The notes under the pieces are model-generated. The model made no database searches, was not told the DNA's origin, and saw only the letters and a program-made list of their open reading frames with translations. This document shows positions 1 to 12,466 of a stretch of 64,000 nt of DNA, piece by piece. The translations under genes were made by a program, and so were the position numbers. Position 1 is the stretch's first letter. Each line of letters starts with the position of its first letter. The stretch spans positions 1-64,000 of the forward strand of contig JALJEE010002292.1 in NCBI GenBank assembly GCA_023231475.1, written 5' to 3'. The stretch is from Seison nebaliae (taxonomy: Eukaryota).

Positions 1-774
1 CCGACCTAGTAATTATGATCCATCAGCTGGCCGTTGGTCCGTTGCGGCCTAGTTTCACATTCTTTGCGTGTTTGTCCTGGCTTCTTTATCTTTGATTTAT
101 TGTCCATTATGATGTTGCATACTTTATTAGTTGATGCGTCGCTTAGTGTCATCTGGGATTCTTATATGACTTTGACTGATTACATATAGAAGATCAATGG
201 AAGTGAATGTGACACTATTGATCGTTTCACATGCACTTTCCACCGATAAATTACCTTGACAAATGCGGTAGTGACAAATGCTCAAATTGTGCGCGACTCT
301 ACTTTATTCTTCGAAGATGAAATTCTTAGCGAAAGATATAACGCCAAGTGATCAGAGAGAAGAAATTCTTGAGAAATATAACACTAGGTTATTTCACCCA
401 GAAGCTTATTCGAAATAAGAAAGTGATCGATCCAAGATTTCAGATATTATTATTTTAGATTTACGTTATTGTTAATTAGATGGACTTTCAGATGCAGATA
501 ACCCTATATTGTTGACATTTCATTTACTCATGCATTTGTCATTCGGCTGTCCACATTAATCATCGAACTCTCATGCTTCTTGAACTTCGGCAACTAATTC
601 ACCGGGTCAGACATAATCTCATCTCTTAAAATTAAAAAGCTTGCTTCAAGTTCTTTGATAGTTAGTATAACTATTATTGTCGTAGAGGAATATTTCTGAA
701 TTGCACAATTTTCAAGGAATTAAAAATTATTTTTGATAATTATTTATTAATTAAAATGTTTTGTTGATTATAAT

Positions 775-3686
775 TTAAATACATTGTTGACCACCGGGCA
801 CATTGAGAGGATGATCGCAAATCATTCGATTAGGTGAATAAATCGAACCATTCGGACATCGACGTTGTACCGCTTGATTATGTCCAGATGGGCAGATGAT
901 AAATGATCGACAATCATAGGGATCTGGTAACATTTGATTGTGGAATCCAGTTTGATAACATGGATCCCGATAAGTATCTAAGAAAGAAGAAATTGAAAAA
1001 ATTAAAATAATTTTAAATCTAACTCTGATACATAAAACCACCATTGTCGGTAGGTATATTATTGTTGAGATTATTAGATACGGGCGTTGGATTACCATTA
1101 TTATAGGCATTATTAATATTGTTATTGATATATCCATTACTAGAACATTCGGGAACATTATTTGGGAAATCACAATAATTTTTGTTCGGATTGAAAAATA
1201 ATCCGTTTGGACAAGTTTTCTTTGTTGTTCGTATGTTGTTATCTCCACAATGCCAAAATTGTCGACAATCGACTGCATCCCGTATTAATGTATTTGCAGG
1301 ATAATGATAACAAGGATCAGTTGAATAAACAGGTTGAACTGCAATAACCGGTCTTGGTGGTAATGGTGTTACTGGAACATATATCGGTTGTACAGGTTGT
1401 GGTCTGGGTTGAATTACGGGAGGTAATGGTGTACTTGCAGGTACTGCTATTGGAACATATTGTATTGGATTCTGTACGATTCGTGGAGCACATCCTGGGA
1501 CATTTGCTGGATTATCACATGTTTTGGTGATAGGATTGAAAGCCATATCTCTCTCACAATTCATGACATAGGAGTCAGTGTTGGAATAACATATGAGATA
1601 TTTATTACAATCATGTGGGATAGGTACATATTCACCTTGTCGTACATTGGTACATTCGGTAATAATAGGTCTAACCTCTACAACTGGTTGTACTGCTTGT
1701 ATAGGATTACATTGGGGGACTATAGATTTTGGTTGACAGTTTTGTGTTAATGGATTAAAACCATTATCTCCTGTACATTCTCTCACATTATAATCGCCAG
1801 TGGATGTACAAACTAGATAAGTACTACAACTTAATGGATCAGACACACGCTTACCACCAGATGCCATACTACAAGCCCCACGTCGGGAATCAACTAATGG
1901 TTCAAAGTTACAACTCTTAATGTTTATGGTAGGGGAACATGTATTGGTTTGTTGGTTGAATGCATATCCATCAACACATTTCCTGATGGTAAATTGACCA
2001 TTACTCATACAAGTCAAATATTGAGTGCAATCAAAGGGATCAATGATTTGGGCATAATCTCTCCCATCTAATGCATTTTGACAAGCAGTTTCTCTTTGAG
2101 AACCGGCACACCGAACACTATTTCCTGGACGACATTCACCTCTCTTTTCATCAAAAGCTAAACCGGACGGACATCTTTTTCTCATAAAATTATCATTCTG
2201 GTCGCAAATAATATAGGATTGACAATCGTTAGGATCTGATACTCTTTCTCCTGCATGTCGATTTAGACAGGATGCTACTCTCGATCCATATGCTTGAGAA
2301 TCGGAACAACGATGAACGCTGTTGCGATTTATGCAAGACTGACTATATTCGTCATAAGCTAAACCACTTGGACACGTTCTCAAAGTAAAAGCATTGTTGT
2401 CATTACTTGAACAAACTAAATAATTGGAACAATCATAAGGATCCACTTTCTTCATTCCATTATAAGCATTATTGCAAGCTAACCGTCTTTCATAGCTTAA
2501 TCCGCTCTCAACTACTGGTTCTGGATTATACGGTGGTTGAACTACAGGCTCTTGCACAACCGGCATTTGAACAAGAGGTTCTTGAACTACAGGTTGTTGT
2601 ACTACAGGTTGTTGTACTATTGGTTGTTGTACTACAGGTTGTTGCACTACAGGTTGTTGTACTATTGGTTGTGTATAAACCGGCTGTTGAGGTTGTTGAT
2701 AAACCGGTTGCGGTTGTTGATATATCGGTTGTTGAATTGGTTGCTGGTATGTGGGCTGTTGAACCGTTTGTTGATAAGTAGGTTGTTGAACCGGTTGTTG
2801 ATAGGTAGGTTGTTGAACCGGTTGTTGATAGGTAGGTTGTTGCACCGGTTGTTGAATTGGCTGTTGATATGTAGGTTGTTGGGCCGGTTGTTGATAGATA
2901 GGCTGTTGAACCGGTTGTTGATAGGTAGGTTGTTGCACCGGTTGTTGATAAGTAGGTTGTTGAACTGGTTGTTGATAAGTAGGTTGTTGCACCGGTTGTT
3001 GATAAGTAGATTGTTGCACCGGTTGTTGATAAGTAGGTTGTTGCACCGGTTGTTGGACCGGTTGTTGAACTGGTTGTTGAACGACTGGTTGAACGACTGG
3101 TTGAACGACAGGTTGTTGAACGACAGGTTGTTGAACGACAGGTTGTTGAACGACAGGTTGTTGAGAACAACTAGCAACATTTTGAGCATTATCACAGTAT
3201 CCGATTGCCGGATTAAAACCGTAACCATTACCACATGTTTGAACTACATAATTAGGAGATATATTTCCACCGGTACAAACAACATATCCATGACATTCAT
3301 CATGAGGATTTGAAAGGGAAATTCCTTGAGTTACCCCATTGCACATATTAGTGAATTCATTGTTATACTGGGAAGTTGCTACATTTTTACAATTGGGATT
3401 TTTAGACCGATCGGCGACACAGGCTTCATCGGAAATACTAAATATTGTGCCACTATCACACACTAATGGAATAGCTTCTGGTGTACAAGCTAAATATCCA
3501 GTACAAGTGTTATCCGGATCAATCGCAAAAGTTCCAGCTGGTTGACTAAGACACACATTGTTTTGAGCTTGGGTTGCTAAAAAAGATAAGTTAATGATAG
3601 AATTATTATTCAAATTTTTAAAACAAACCGAAAATTACATTTGTACATGATATTGCCAATAATAGAATTTGAAGATGTTTGGCCAT
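775..3686 (-). CDS. Secreted multi-CBM14 (peritrophin-A/chitin-binding type 2) protein with a Gln/Pro/Tyr-rich repeat; 3 exons (3686-3629, 3576-1024, 977-775)
   Basis: Exon 1 encodes signal peptide MAKHLQILLLAISCTNVIFA. About 9 six-Cys modules of the type DPxDCxxYxxC...CPxGLxF...C. Phase-compatible introns 3577-3628 (GTTTG..AG) and 978-1023 (GTTAG..AG) join the 864-aa and 167-aa ORFs. Confidence 0.9.
2540..3165 (-). repeat. Coding tandem repeat: QQPVV (15 nt) and QQPTYQQPV (27 nt) units
   Basis: Repeated ggttgttgataagtaggttgttgcacc-like units on the + strand. Confidence 0.95.
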
Positions 3687-3886
3687 TTTAAAAGAATAAT
3701 TCTGTCTTAACAGAATCTTCGAATGTTCTTATTACTAAATACATTTAAAGTTTTTAGTAAAAAATATTTACGTTCTGCTCATAATATTGACGAACGACTT
3801 ATGATAGATACGAGAAAATTCAACAATTTGCATCAACAAAACTCTTTCAAATTTATTTCGTTCTCTCATTTTTCTGATTAGCAATT

Positions 3887-4263
3887 ATGGTTCCCAAATT
3901 TATTTACCTTCTCGTTCTTCTGCATTTTGCTTCACAATGTTCAATTTTATCTTTAATCATCTATTCTAATATATTCGTTTTCTTTTAGATTATTGTTCGC
4001 CGGTAGATAATACTTCCACTCAAATTATAAACTTTTGTAAGTCAATCAACAAAAACAGTTTACAACAGAACATTCTGGACAATAACTGCAATAAATATGT
4101 CATTTGTTTAAAGAAAGCGCCATACTATATCTCGAAGGAATGCAAGAAAAATTTCTCGTTCCATCCTCGTTATAAAAGATGTACGAATAGCTGGTTGGTT
4201 CCTGGTTGCGGTTTAAAGACACGTGAAGGGAAACTGGTACCTCGTTTGAAAAGGTTAAACTGA
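3887..4263 (+). CDS. Small secreted, basic single-CBM14 protein (108 aa), absent from the ORF track; exons 3887-3938 and 3989-4263
   Basis: Spliced translation MVPKFIYLLVLLHFASQYYCSPVDNTSTQIINFCKSINKNSLQQNILDNNCNKYVICLKKAPYYISKECKKNFSFHPRYKRCTNSWLVPGCGLKTREGKLVPRLKRLN. The six-Cys spacing matches the neighbour (PPYYLSKTC...F...C...VAGC). 50-nt phase-1 intron GTTCA..TTTTAG. Confidence 0.85.
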
Positions 4264-5252
4264 ATATATATGAAAAATTTTGTTCTTGCTTCCTATAATA
4301 TAATTTCACTGGTTTAATAAATCTTCTTATTCACTATATCTTTGAATATTTTGCAAATGATTTGAAGTAAATAATTTGACTTACAATGTAAAACGACAAA
4401 GTTAAAGTGTAAATCCCAATTAAACTTGATAATTGTAACCTAAAATAACAATAACATATGCCACAGAACCATATGAATTTCTATCGTAAAATACATATAT
4501 CCGAAAGGTAACAGATATTTCCAAATTTTGCTCGACAAAAATTAAATTTCAATTAAACTAGATTATTTAGTTTAGGACCATTATTGTTCATGGATTATGA
4601 TATCCAAAACTGAACTTACAGCCTTTCTTCCACTTTCACAAATTTCGATCCGCCGATATTAGTCTTTAATAAAATTCCAACCTATAAATTTAATAATAGA
4701 ACTTTCAGCTGAATCAGTATCAATTTTAAGTTCTCTATCACTGTTTTACGATAACATAAGATGAGTTAAAACAGTTTGAAATTATTATTACATATCTTAC
4801 CATATTGTTAAATGGTTATTGTTTATTCTATTATAAAATTATCGAATTATAAACAAGTTTAAGTTTAACTGGTTATAGTTGTTATATGAATTAGTTATAT
4901 TGGAATGATAAACATTGGAAATTAAATTAAAACATGATAATTATCTTTCAGTTATCCCTTGTCAGTTAGAAATCAATTTACAACGAAATGAAACTTGAAA
5001 TGAAGTGACCAAAAAATATTTACTAAACTTTAGAGGTTCCCTAATAGTTATCGATATGTAGACGCTAAGTTATATAATATTTTTAAGAAGGAAAAACAGA
5101 AAAAATATCTAGCATGAGAAGCAATTCAATAAAAAATTCACATAATAATGTTAATATGATAATTAAATAAACAATATTTATTAAAATAAATAAAAATAAA
5201 AAGTGGATATATATAAGTCATCATATTCTTCAATATATCATCGAAACTTAAA

Positions 5253-6930
5253 ATGAAGTATCTATTGTTATTGATAATATCAACTTTCTATTGCTCAAGT
5301 TTTTAATTTTAGCTGTTTCTTTATAAATAATCCACTAACAATTTGATAGGTTATCAATCTAGTGCCGGTGAGGCATGTAGAAGGTTGAGACCCGGTTCCT
5401 CTTTAGCTGATGTTACAAGACCATGTCGAGGATATGTTTTGTGTTTAGGAGTCCCACCTTATTATCTTTCGAAAACCTGTAGCAACGGTATGGCTTTTGA
5501 TCGAACTAAAGGTCATTGTAGAAATGCCGCCAGCGTAGCTGGATGTCAAAACTATGCGCCAGTCCAATCAGTTGCTGTTCAACCGGCAATAATGCAACCA
5601 GTAGCTCAACCAGTAGCTCAACCAGTAGCTCAACCAGCAGTTCAGCCAGTTATGTCTGTTCCTTTCCAACAACCTACCTACAATTACCAAAACCCAAACC
5701 AATTTAACCGAGCTCCTAATGCTGCACCTTACGGTAGTCAAAGTTATCCAAGTAATGGTGGTTATCCTGGTAATAATGCAGGATATCAAGGAAATAATGG
5801 TATGATCGGACGATATCCGGGAAATAACGGTATGAATGGAAGATATCCAACTAATGGGGGAAATAATGGAGGCTATGGAAGAAACACCGGAACTAACCAG
5901 TATCCCAATAACGGCGGCTACAACGCAGGTAATGGATATCCCAATAACGGAGGAAATAATGGAGGTAATAGATATCCAAACAATGGTGGGTACAATGCCG
6001 GTAATGGATATCCCAACAACGGAGGTAATAATGGAGGTAATGGATATCCTAACAATGGAGGAAATAATGGAGGCAATAGATATCCAAACAATGGTGGAAA
6101 TAACGGTGGCTACAATGCAGGTAATGGATATCCCAACAACGGAGGTAATAATGGCGGTAATAGATATCCCAACAGCGGAGGTAATAATGGCGGTAATAGA
6201 TATCCAAACAATGGTGGAAATAACGGTGGTTACAATGCCGGTAATGGATATCCCAATAACGGCGGTAATAATGGCGGTAATGGATATCCTAATAATGGAG
6301 GTAATAGATATCCAAACAATGGTGGAAATAACGGAGGAAATAACGGAGGTAACGGATATCCTAACAACGGAGGAAATAACGGAGGTAACGGATATCCTAA
6401 TAATGGAGGGAATAATGCTGGTAATGGATATCCTAACAATGGAGGTACCAATGGAGGTAACAGATATCCAAACAATGGTGGAAATAATGGAGGAAATAAC
6501 GGAGGTAACGGATATCCTAACAACGGAGGAAATAATGCTGGAAATGGATATCCTAATAATGGAGGAACCAACGGAGGAACCAATGGAGGTAACAGATATC
6601 CTAATAATGGAGGAACCAATGGAGGAACCAATGGAGGTAACAGATATCCTAATAATGGAGGAACCAATGGAGGAACCAATGGAGGTACTAATGGGACTAA
6701 CCGAAATCCCGGAACTAACGGTGGAACTAATGGAACTAATGGGACTAACCGAAATCCCGGAACTAATGGAGGAACCAATGGAGGTACTAATGGCACTAAC
6801 CGAAATCCAGGAACTAACGGTGGAACTAATGGAGGAAACAATGGAGGTTATTTCGTTTTAGTAAATTTATATTAATTTTGTGAACATTTTAGGAACTGGA
6901 ACCAACAACAACAATAACAACAACCCATGA
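5253..6930 (+). CDS. Secreted protein: one CBM14 domain followed by a long Gly/Asn/Tyr/Pro repeat; exons 5253-5298, 5350-6846, 6893-6930
   Basis: Signal peptide MKYLLLLIISTFYCS. Six-Cys domain CRRL...C.GYVLC...C.NGMAF...C...C. Introns 5299-5349 (with CACTAAC branch-point-like motif) and 6847-6892. Confidence 0.88.
5750..6846 (+). repeat. Coding tandem repeat GGNNGGN(G/R)YPNN grading into GGTN/NRNPGTN
   Basis: Repeated ggaggtaataatggaggtaatggatatcctaac-like units. Confidence 0.95.
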
Positions 6931-7143
6931 AAAGAAGTATGATAAATTAATAATATGTTTATTATTTCTCATTGAACCATCCATTCTATTATTACAAAAA
7001 TTAATAAACTGAAAATTATAAAAATTGAAAGTTTTTCAATGGACAGACAGAATAGTATTTTGTGATTTTATGTTGATTTAATCCGTTTGAAATCTATCTT
7101 TTCGTTTCTCCTTCACTTCTGTATCATATTCTTAATGCCTTAA

Positions 7144-8049
7144 ATGGATGCAGCTACAATAGGAAACAACATAGCTAGTTTAGCACAAAAGCGAATTTAC
7201 CAGTACCGAACTAATAGGAAAGCATTAAAACAACTCAATCGTATACGCGAACAGAATGGAGAGAAATATAATATTACTTCTAAATTAATACAACCAAATG
7301 TCTATGGATTACGTTTAACTGCCTCTTATCCTTTATTACTGAAGAAGTTGTGTACTAGACACAAGGTGCCTGACGAATTGCGACATTCCAGTGATATACC
7401 AATGAGACAGAAATCATATTTAGAACGACGATGTAGTTTGAATGATTTATGCGACGAAAACAGTTGTGTCGCCACCAAATATTTTCGAGGTAATCCTTCT
7501 TTTCTTAATTTCTCTTTGAGGAATACTGATCCTGATAGTTTTGAACTGCGTCAAAGACGTATTTATGATGCTCTAGATCAATTGAATGACACGATTATTG
7601 AGCGTAATAATAATTCTCCACAAAATCAATGGACACTTATTCCATTCAATGTTTTCATTTCAGAACGACGTATTACTCATCAGCAACAACGAGATCATCA
7701 ACGAGAACTGACTGAACAACGAGTTCTAGTTCGTCGTCGAAATACTCGTCGTTCTCTCGAACATTTGCAATTTCAACCACGAAGACATCAATATTTGGAT
7801 TATGTTAGGCAAGCTGAGAATACAGCGAACCGTCAATACTTTTTTATGCTCACACTATTCATATTTTCCTTGACAATCATTTCGTCCTTAATTCTCTTAT
7901 ACATCTTATTCCGAACACTTCGAATCTCTCCTGGAAAACGACGACGATTTATCGAACATCTAATTCGAAAAATGGTGAGACATTTCCATGATTCTACAGT
8001 TAATTCTGATAGACAAATAGACGAAACATTTATGTCAAATTTATTTTGA
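7144..8049 (+). CDS. Orphan 301-aa protein with one hydrophobic (transmembrane-like) segment near the C-terminus
   Basis: Single ORF; YFFMLTLFIFSLTIISSLILLYILF followed by basic residues; no family recognised. Confidence 0.6.
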   Translation: MDAATIGNNIASLAQKRIYQYRTNRKALKQLNRIREQNGEKYNITSKLIQPNVYGLRLTASYPLLLKKLCTRHKVPDELRHSSDIPMRQKSYLERRCSLNDLCDENSCVATKYFRGNPSFLNFSLRNTDPDSFELRQRRIYDALDQLNDTIIERNNNSPQNQWTLIPFNVFISERRITHQQQRDHQRELTEQRVLVRRRNTRRSLEHLQFQPRRHQYLDYVRQAENTANRQYFFMLTLFIFSLTIISSLILLYILFRTLRISPGKRRRFIEHLIRKMVRHFHDSTVNSDRQIDETFMSNLF

Positions 8050-8064
8050 TTTAAAAAAATTTTT

Positions 8065-8823
8065 TCATATTGATTTCTGCCATTTCTTATACGAACCATT
8101 ATTTAATTCAACTAATTTTGGTTCGCAGTAATGCATCGTGTAGCAACGATAAGGATTATAGTCACCCTTCGTAATAACTAAACCGTGTGCAGGTCCACCT
8201 TTGAAAGAATTAAATTATTTTTTTGAATTTGAAAAAAAAAAACTTTCTTCTTCTCGATCATTCATCAATCCCAAAAGCGTCAAAATTGACCGTATAACTG
8301 TACCGAACATACTTGCGAATCCATAGGCTACTTTATTTTTAGTTTCAAAAAAATCTAGTGCAGGAGGATAATGATCTTCAATTGCAATGACGTTGTCTAT
8401 CGTCGATGCAGCTAAACTACCTTGATCATAACATGTTCCGCTAATAAATGAGGCGCTACTTGTAAAACCAGAAGTGGCCGACTGTTTTCGATTTGAAGAA
8501 TTCTTATTATTACTCGACGATTTCCTGCAGGATATTCGAACGGATTTCCCTCTGAAAAAATCGCTTCCTTTCCCTAACTGATTCTGGTTAGTGTTGAGGG
8601 GATCTTTTGACGAATCGTTCTTATTCGATGCACTATTGACACAGGACAGTTTACTACGAAAACGTCCAGTTAAACGGAATGGACCTGCAGCAAAATCCGA
8701 ACAAGTAGAGTTGGCTTCTTCTTCCATAAGACGAAAAGAATTTGACTTAAGCAAAAAAGAAAAGAAGAAAAGAATAACCTGGAGTAAACATGACTATCGT
8801 ACTAAAACTAATTTACTTCGCAT
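8065..8823 (-). CDS. Orphan, probably secreted protein; tentative 3-exon model
   Basis: The 179-aa ORF is extended 3' by intron 8199-8243 (GTTTT..AAAG) to TGA at 8065-8067. A possible 30-nt first intron gives the signal-like start MRSKLVILFFFSFLLKSNS. Confidence 0.5.
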
Positions 8824-8953
8824 CGAAATGAACCAAAAGAAAAACTGAAAAACTTCAATTAGGTTTAAAATTAGAATTCTCTATCGAATAATTCATTTTA
8901 TTAGTTTGAAAGTTAAAAAAAAATTTAAACAAAAATAAAAAATATTTCTATTT

Positions 8954-11654
8954 TCAGACACACTGTGGTGCGAAACTGAAAGTAACAAAAAATGATGGTA
9001 ATTTGAATACCCAACGGAAAATTAGCTTGGGTAACGTGTGAAGGAAGTGGAAAAACCCGAATGATGCCGGTCCTCTCACTTTGCCCATGAACCAACTTTG
9101 TTGGCATCGTGGTAATGTTAGAATGTCGATCGTATACAATAAATATAACAAGCTGGCGAGCCCCACAAATAACACAAGTACAACTGGCATATCTTTATGT
9201 GGCGTTCGATATAAACCAAGTTTCCTTTTTCGTACTTCTTCCGGGTTATATTGCGGACAACATGAATGATCCTTCTTCTTCGGTTCCAAACATGATATCA
9301 TATTCGAATTGGAACAGTTAGATGGTAAACCCCACATAGAACCATCTTTACCTGTATCCGAAAGAAAAATCAAAAGAGAATTATTTCTAAAAAATTCAAC
9401 CGATACTTTTGCCTTTTGTACATGTTTCGTTAGCTACCGGACAACATTTTCGAGCACATTCTTTTCTTACTTTCTTTGGTTTCATATAGTTCGGTCGACA
9501 ATCAGTAACAACATTCGATTTCATTCGATAATATGATTTCGTTTTCTGCTCTGCAATACTGGCCATCGGCGACTGGATAATAAAAGTTGTATAATTATAA
9601 AATATGAAATTGAGAAAATTTAACCGCCGTTGATCTCGGATTTTTAATGATCGATTTTGGAACCGCTTGACCGGTAGAATCGACAGCAGATTGTACAGTA
9701 ATTTTGGCAATGGATTTCGCTGATCTCTGATCAGATATTCTCTCCTTCAGAGTTTTCGACGGTGTCTTTTTCACATTTTTCGCTGTTTTTGAAGTTTCTA
9801 AATCGAGAGTCGAATTCAACATTGTTGTAGGTTCAGTTAAAGCCGTATCTTGCGGACTAGCTGTATAATTTCGATTAGTCTCCGTTCCCCCTTCAGATGA
9901 TAATGTGTCTGATACTTTATATGAATAATCAGTTGGTGGTTTCGGTTCTTCTAATCGTTCCACGCTCTGCGTTCCCATGTTGCAAAACTCCTTTATATTC
10001 TGACATGCTTTCTCACATTTAGAAATAGTTTTCGGACAAGAAAACTGAGCAGATGTGTCGATAGTGACTACATTGTTTTGAACACTCTTTTCCACCTGTT
10101 GTGTTAGTGTGTTTTGGACGCACTTATCACTCGTGTCTATACAATCCTGAACGGAATTTCTACCTGAATTTGGTGTAGAATTTTGACGAGGTATAGAGGA
10201 TGGATTAGGTAAGCCAGTGTTGCGAGGAGGAGGTACATTTGTTGGAGTTTTTTTACACAGATCGGGAGGAAAATTTGGCGGTTTACAATTAGAATCGGCT
10301 AGACATTTTTGAAGTGGTTTACTGCAAGGATCGATTGGAAATTTTTGAAATGATTTACCACAATCATCTGGGGGACATTTAGGTTTACACACAATATTGG
10401 CGAGAGCATGTGGATTATCTTTCAAACCTATGGGACCATATTTGCTCTTCTTAGTATTCTGGTTCGCTTGATCGACGTTCTTCTTGTTTTTGATACCGCC
10501 TGAAAATTCTGAAATTAATTCAATTGAAATTTTCAAAAATTTAAACCCGAAAATTTTATCATGGAATTTCTACCTAATGAAGAACGATAATTAGGTTCCA
10601 TGTCAATTTCCATAAGTATATTTTTTGTCGAACTTTCATTCGGTGCTGTCAATGTGGGATTGACGCTGTCAGTCATCTCTTCGCTATCACTTGGATCATT
10701 TCGACGACTGTCGGGGCGATTATTATGTTGGACATTCGGTTGACTTGGTTGTCGAAAAGGACTTCTTTGACGACTGATCTTGTGCGGCGACTGATCTGGA
10801 TTATCATCGAAATTGCTCACTTGGTAACTATTACGGCGACTATCTTGATTACTTGTCCGGTGACTGTCTTGTTGACTACTAAATCGGTTATCGTGAAAAC
10901 TAGTACCTCCAGCATCTCTTGATTGATTTACTCGATTATCCTGGTTACTGGTTCGTCCACTATCTTTATGGGGATCAAGACGATTATCTTGTTTACTTGT
11001 ACGTCGACTATCCTTATTAGGATCAAGACGGTTATCCTGGTTACTGGTACGTCGACTATCCTTATTGGGATCAAGACGGTTATCCTGGTTACTAGTACGT
11101 CGACTATCCTTATTGGGATCAAGACGGTTATCCTGCTTGCTGGTACGTCGACCATTTTGATTGGGATCAAGACGGTTATCTTGTTTACTGGTACGTCTAC
11201 TACTTTGACGAAGGTTAAGTAATTTATCTTCTTCAGTATCACGACGACTATCTTGGCGACTGTCACGTCGACTGTCTTGACGACTACTAACTCGACTGTC
11301 TTGGCGACTATTAAATCGACTGTCTCGGTTACTATCCGAAGGACTATCTTCAAAATTGTTGTGCATATTATTATGAAAACTATTTTTACGACTACTCATA
11401 CGAGTTTGTTGTTGATAACTGTCTTCAACGTCATCGTTGTTACCAATAATTTGTGGACTGGAACGCCGATTCTTTTTAGAAACTGATTTACGATCCTTTT
11501 TTGGTTTATCCGATATCAAATCTGGATTATTTAGCGAGATGATTGAATTACCTGATACAAAACCTGTATCCAAAATTCCACAAAAATCTGATCTACAATC
11601 ACGACATAAATATACTTGTTGGGTATTCTTTCCTTCTAGTTGTTTCTTACGCAT
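8954..11654 (-). CDS. Orphan low-complexity protein with RRxS/RQDS repeats, Cys/Pro/Lys-rich segments and a C-terminal hydrophobic segment; 4 exons
   Basis: Four consecutive ORFs joined by phase-compatible introns 10500-10546, 9573-9624 and 9352-9400, all GTT..AG and 47-52 nt. Confidence 0.7.
10925..11205 (-). repeat. 48-nt (16-aa) coding tandem repeat RRTS(K/N)QDNRLDPNKDS, about 6 copies
   Basis: gggatcaagacggttatcc...gtacgtcgactatcc recurs with a 48-nt period. Confidence 0.9.
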
Positions 11655-12466
11655 TTTCCTTTACTAAAACTAGCATTAACTGAATAAGTAAAAAAAGCGA
11701 AATTAAACAAGACAGATCTAAGCATCGATCATTTTCATTTAGACAACTAACTCTGATGCAACTAATAAGAAAAATCGAAATCGAAACTAAACTGTTTGGA
11801 TTTCTACTATATCTTCTCTTTTATGGTTACAACAAAACCCTCATAAGAACTCGTCGTTCTTCTACGAATAAACAACCATAACACAACATCATGAACCTTG
11901 AATTCTTGTCCATCATTTTATCTAGTGCCTAAATGCCCATAACATTAAAAGGAGAATGTAATAAATTAATTGGACATTTGGTGGATAATTTGTATGAAGT
12001 TGGATGCAGAAAATTTGGAAGATATATCCAAGTTTGGCACCGAACAGTCACAGTTTCCACAACTAGTACATTCCAATGATTCTGTCAAATTTTGAACAAT
12101 ATAGTTTTCGTTGAAACATTAAGCACTGTTTGATCACAAGTTTTACTCTATCGAACAGAATGGCTAGTGAACGAAAGTGTAGAGAGAAGTATAGAATCGA
12201 TAATAAAATTTGGAATTGTTAATTGTAACTATTCATTTTTTTCTTTTTCAATTCGTTTCACTCGCTTCTTCTGATTATTTTTGAACAAAGCATATTGGAG
12301 TTCTTCGTAATTGAATATTTTGTTCAATTGATTTTCGAAGGATGACATGAAAGGATTGTCATATTTTATTAAAAATCTTAATCCATTATTTTTCCCTTCC
12401 ATTAGATTATTCGTTTGGGGGAGATTGCTCATAACCCTTGCTCAAACTTTATTGTTATTACATTTG

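Noticed and set aside
1..720. Moderately GC-richer stretch that looks coding
   Set aside because: The frames I read are interrupted by stops and show no recognisable motif; possibly decayed sequence, but unsupported
2407..3313. Overlapping ORFs of 124-258 aa (STT-, NRLL- and NNL-rich)
   Set aside because: Alternative-frame and antisense shadows of the QQP repeat
5836..6861. 341-aa (MEVMDI) and 203-aa (PPLLGY) ORFs
   Set aside because: Shadow frames of the GGN repeat
2540..11205. Regular repeats as possible CRISPR arrays
   Set aside because: In-frame coding repeats without unique spacers; eukaryotic context; no cas genes
11700..12432. Short ORFs including the 67-aa minus-strand ORF
   Set aside because: Could not be spliced into a coherent gene and have no motif
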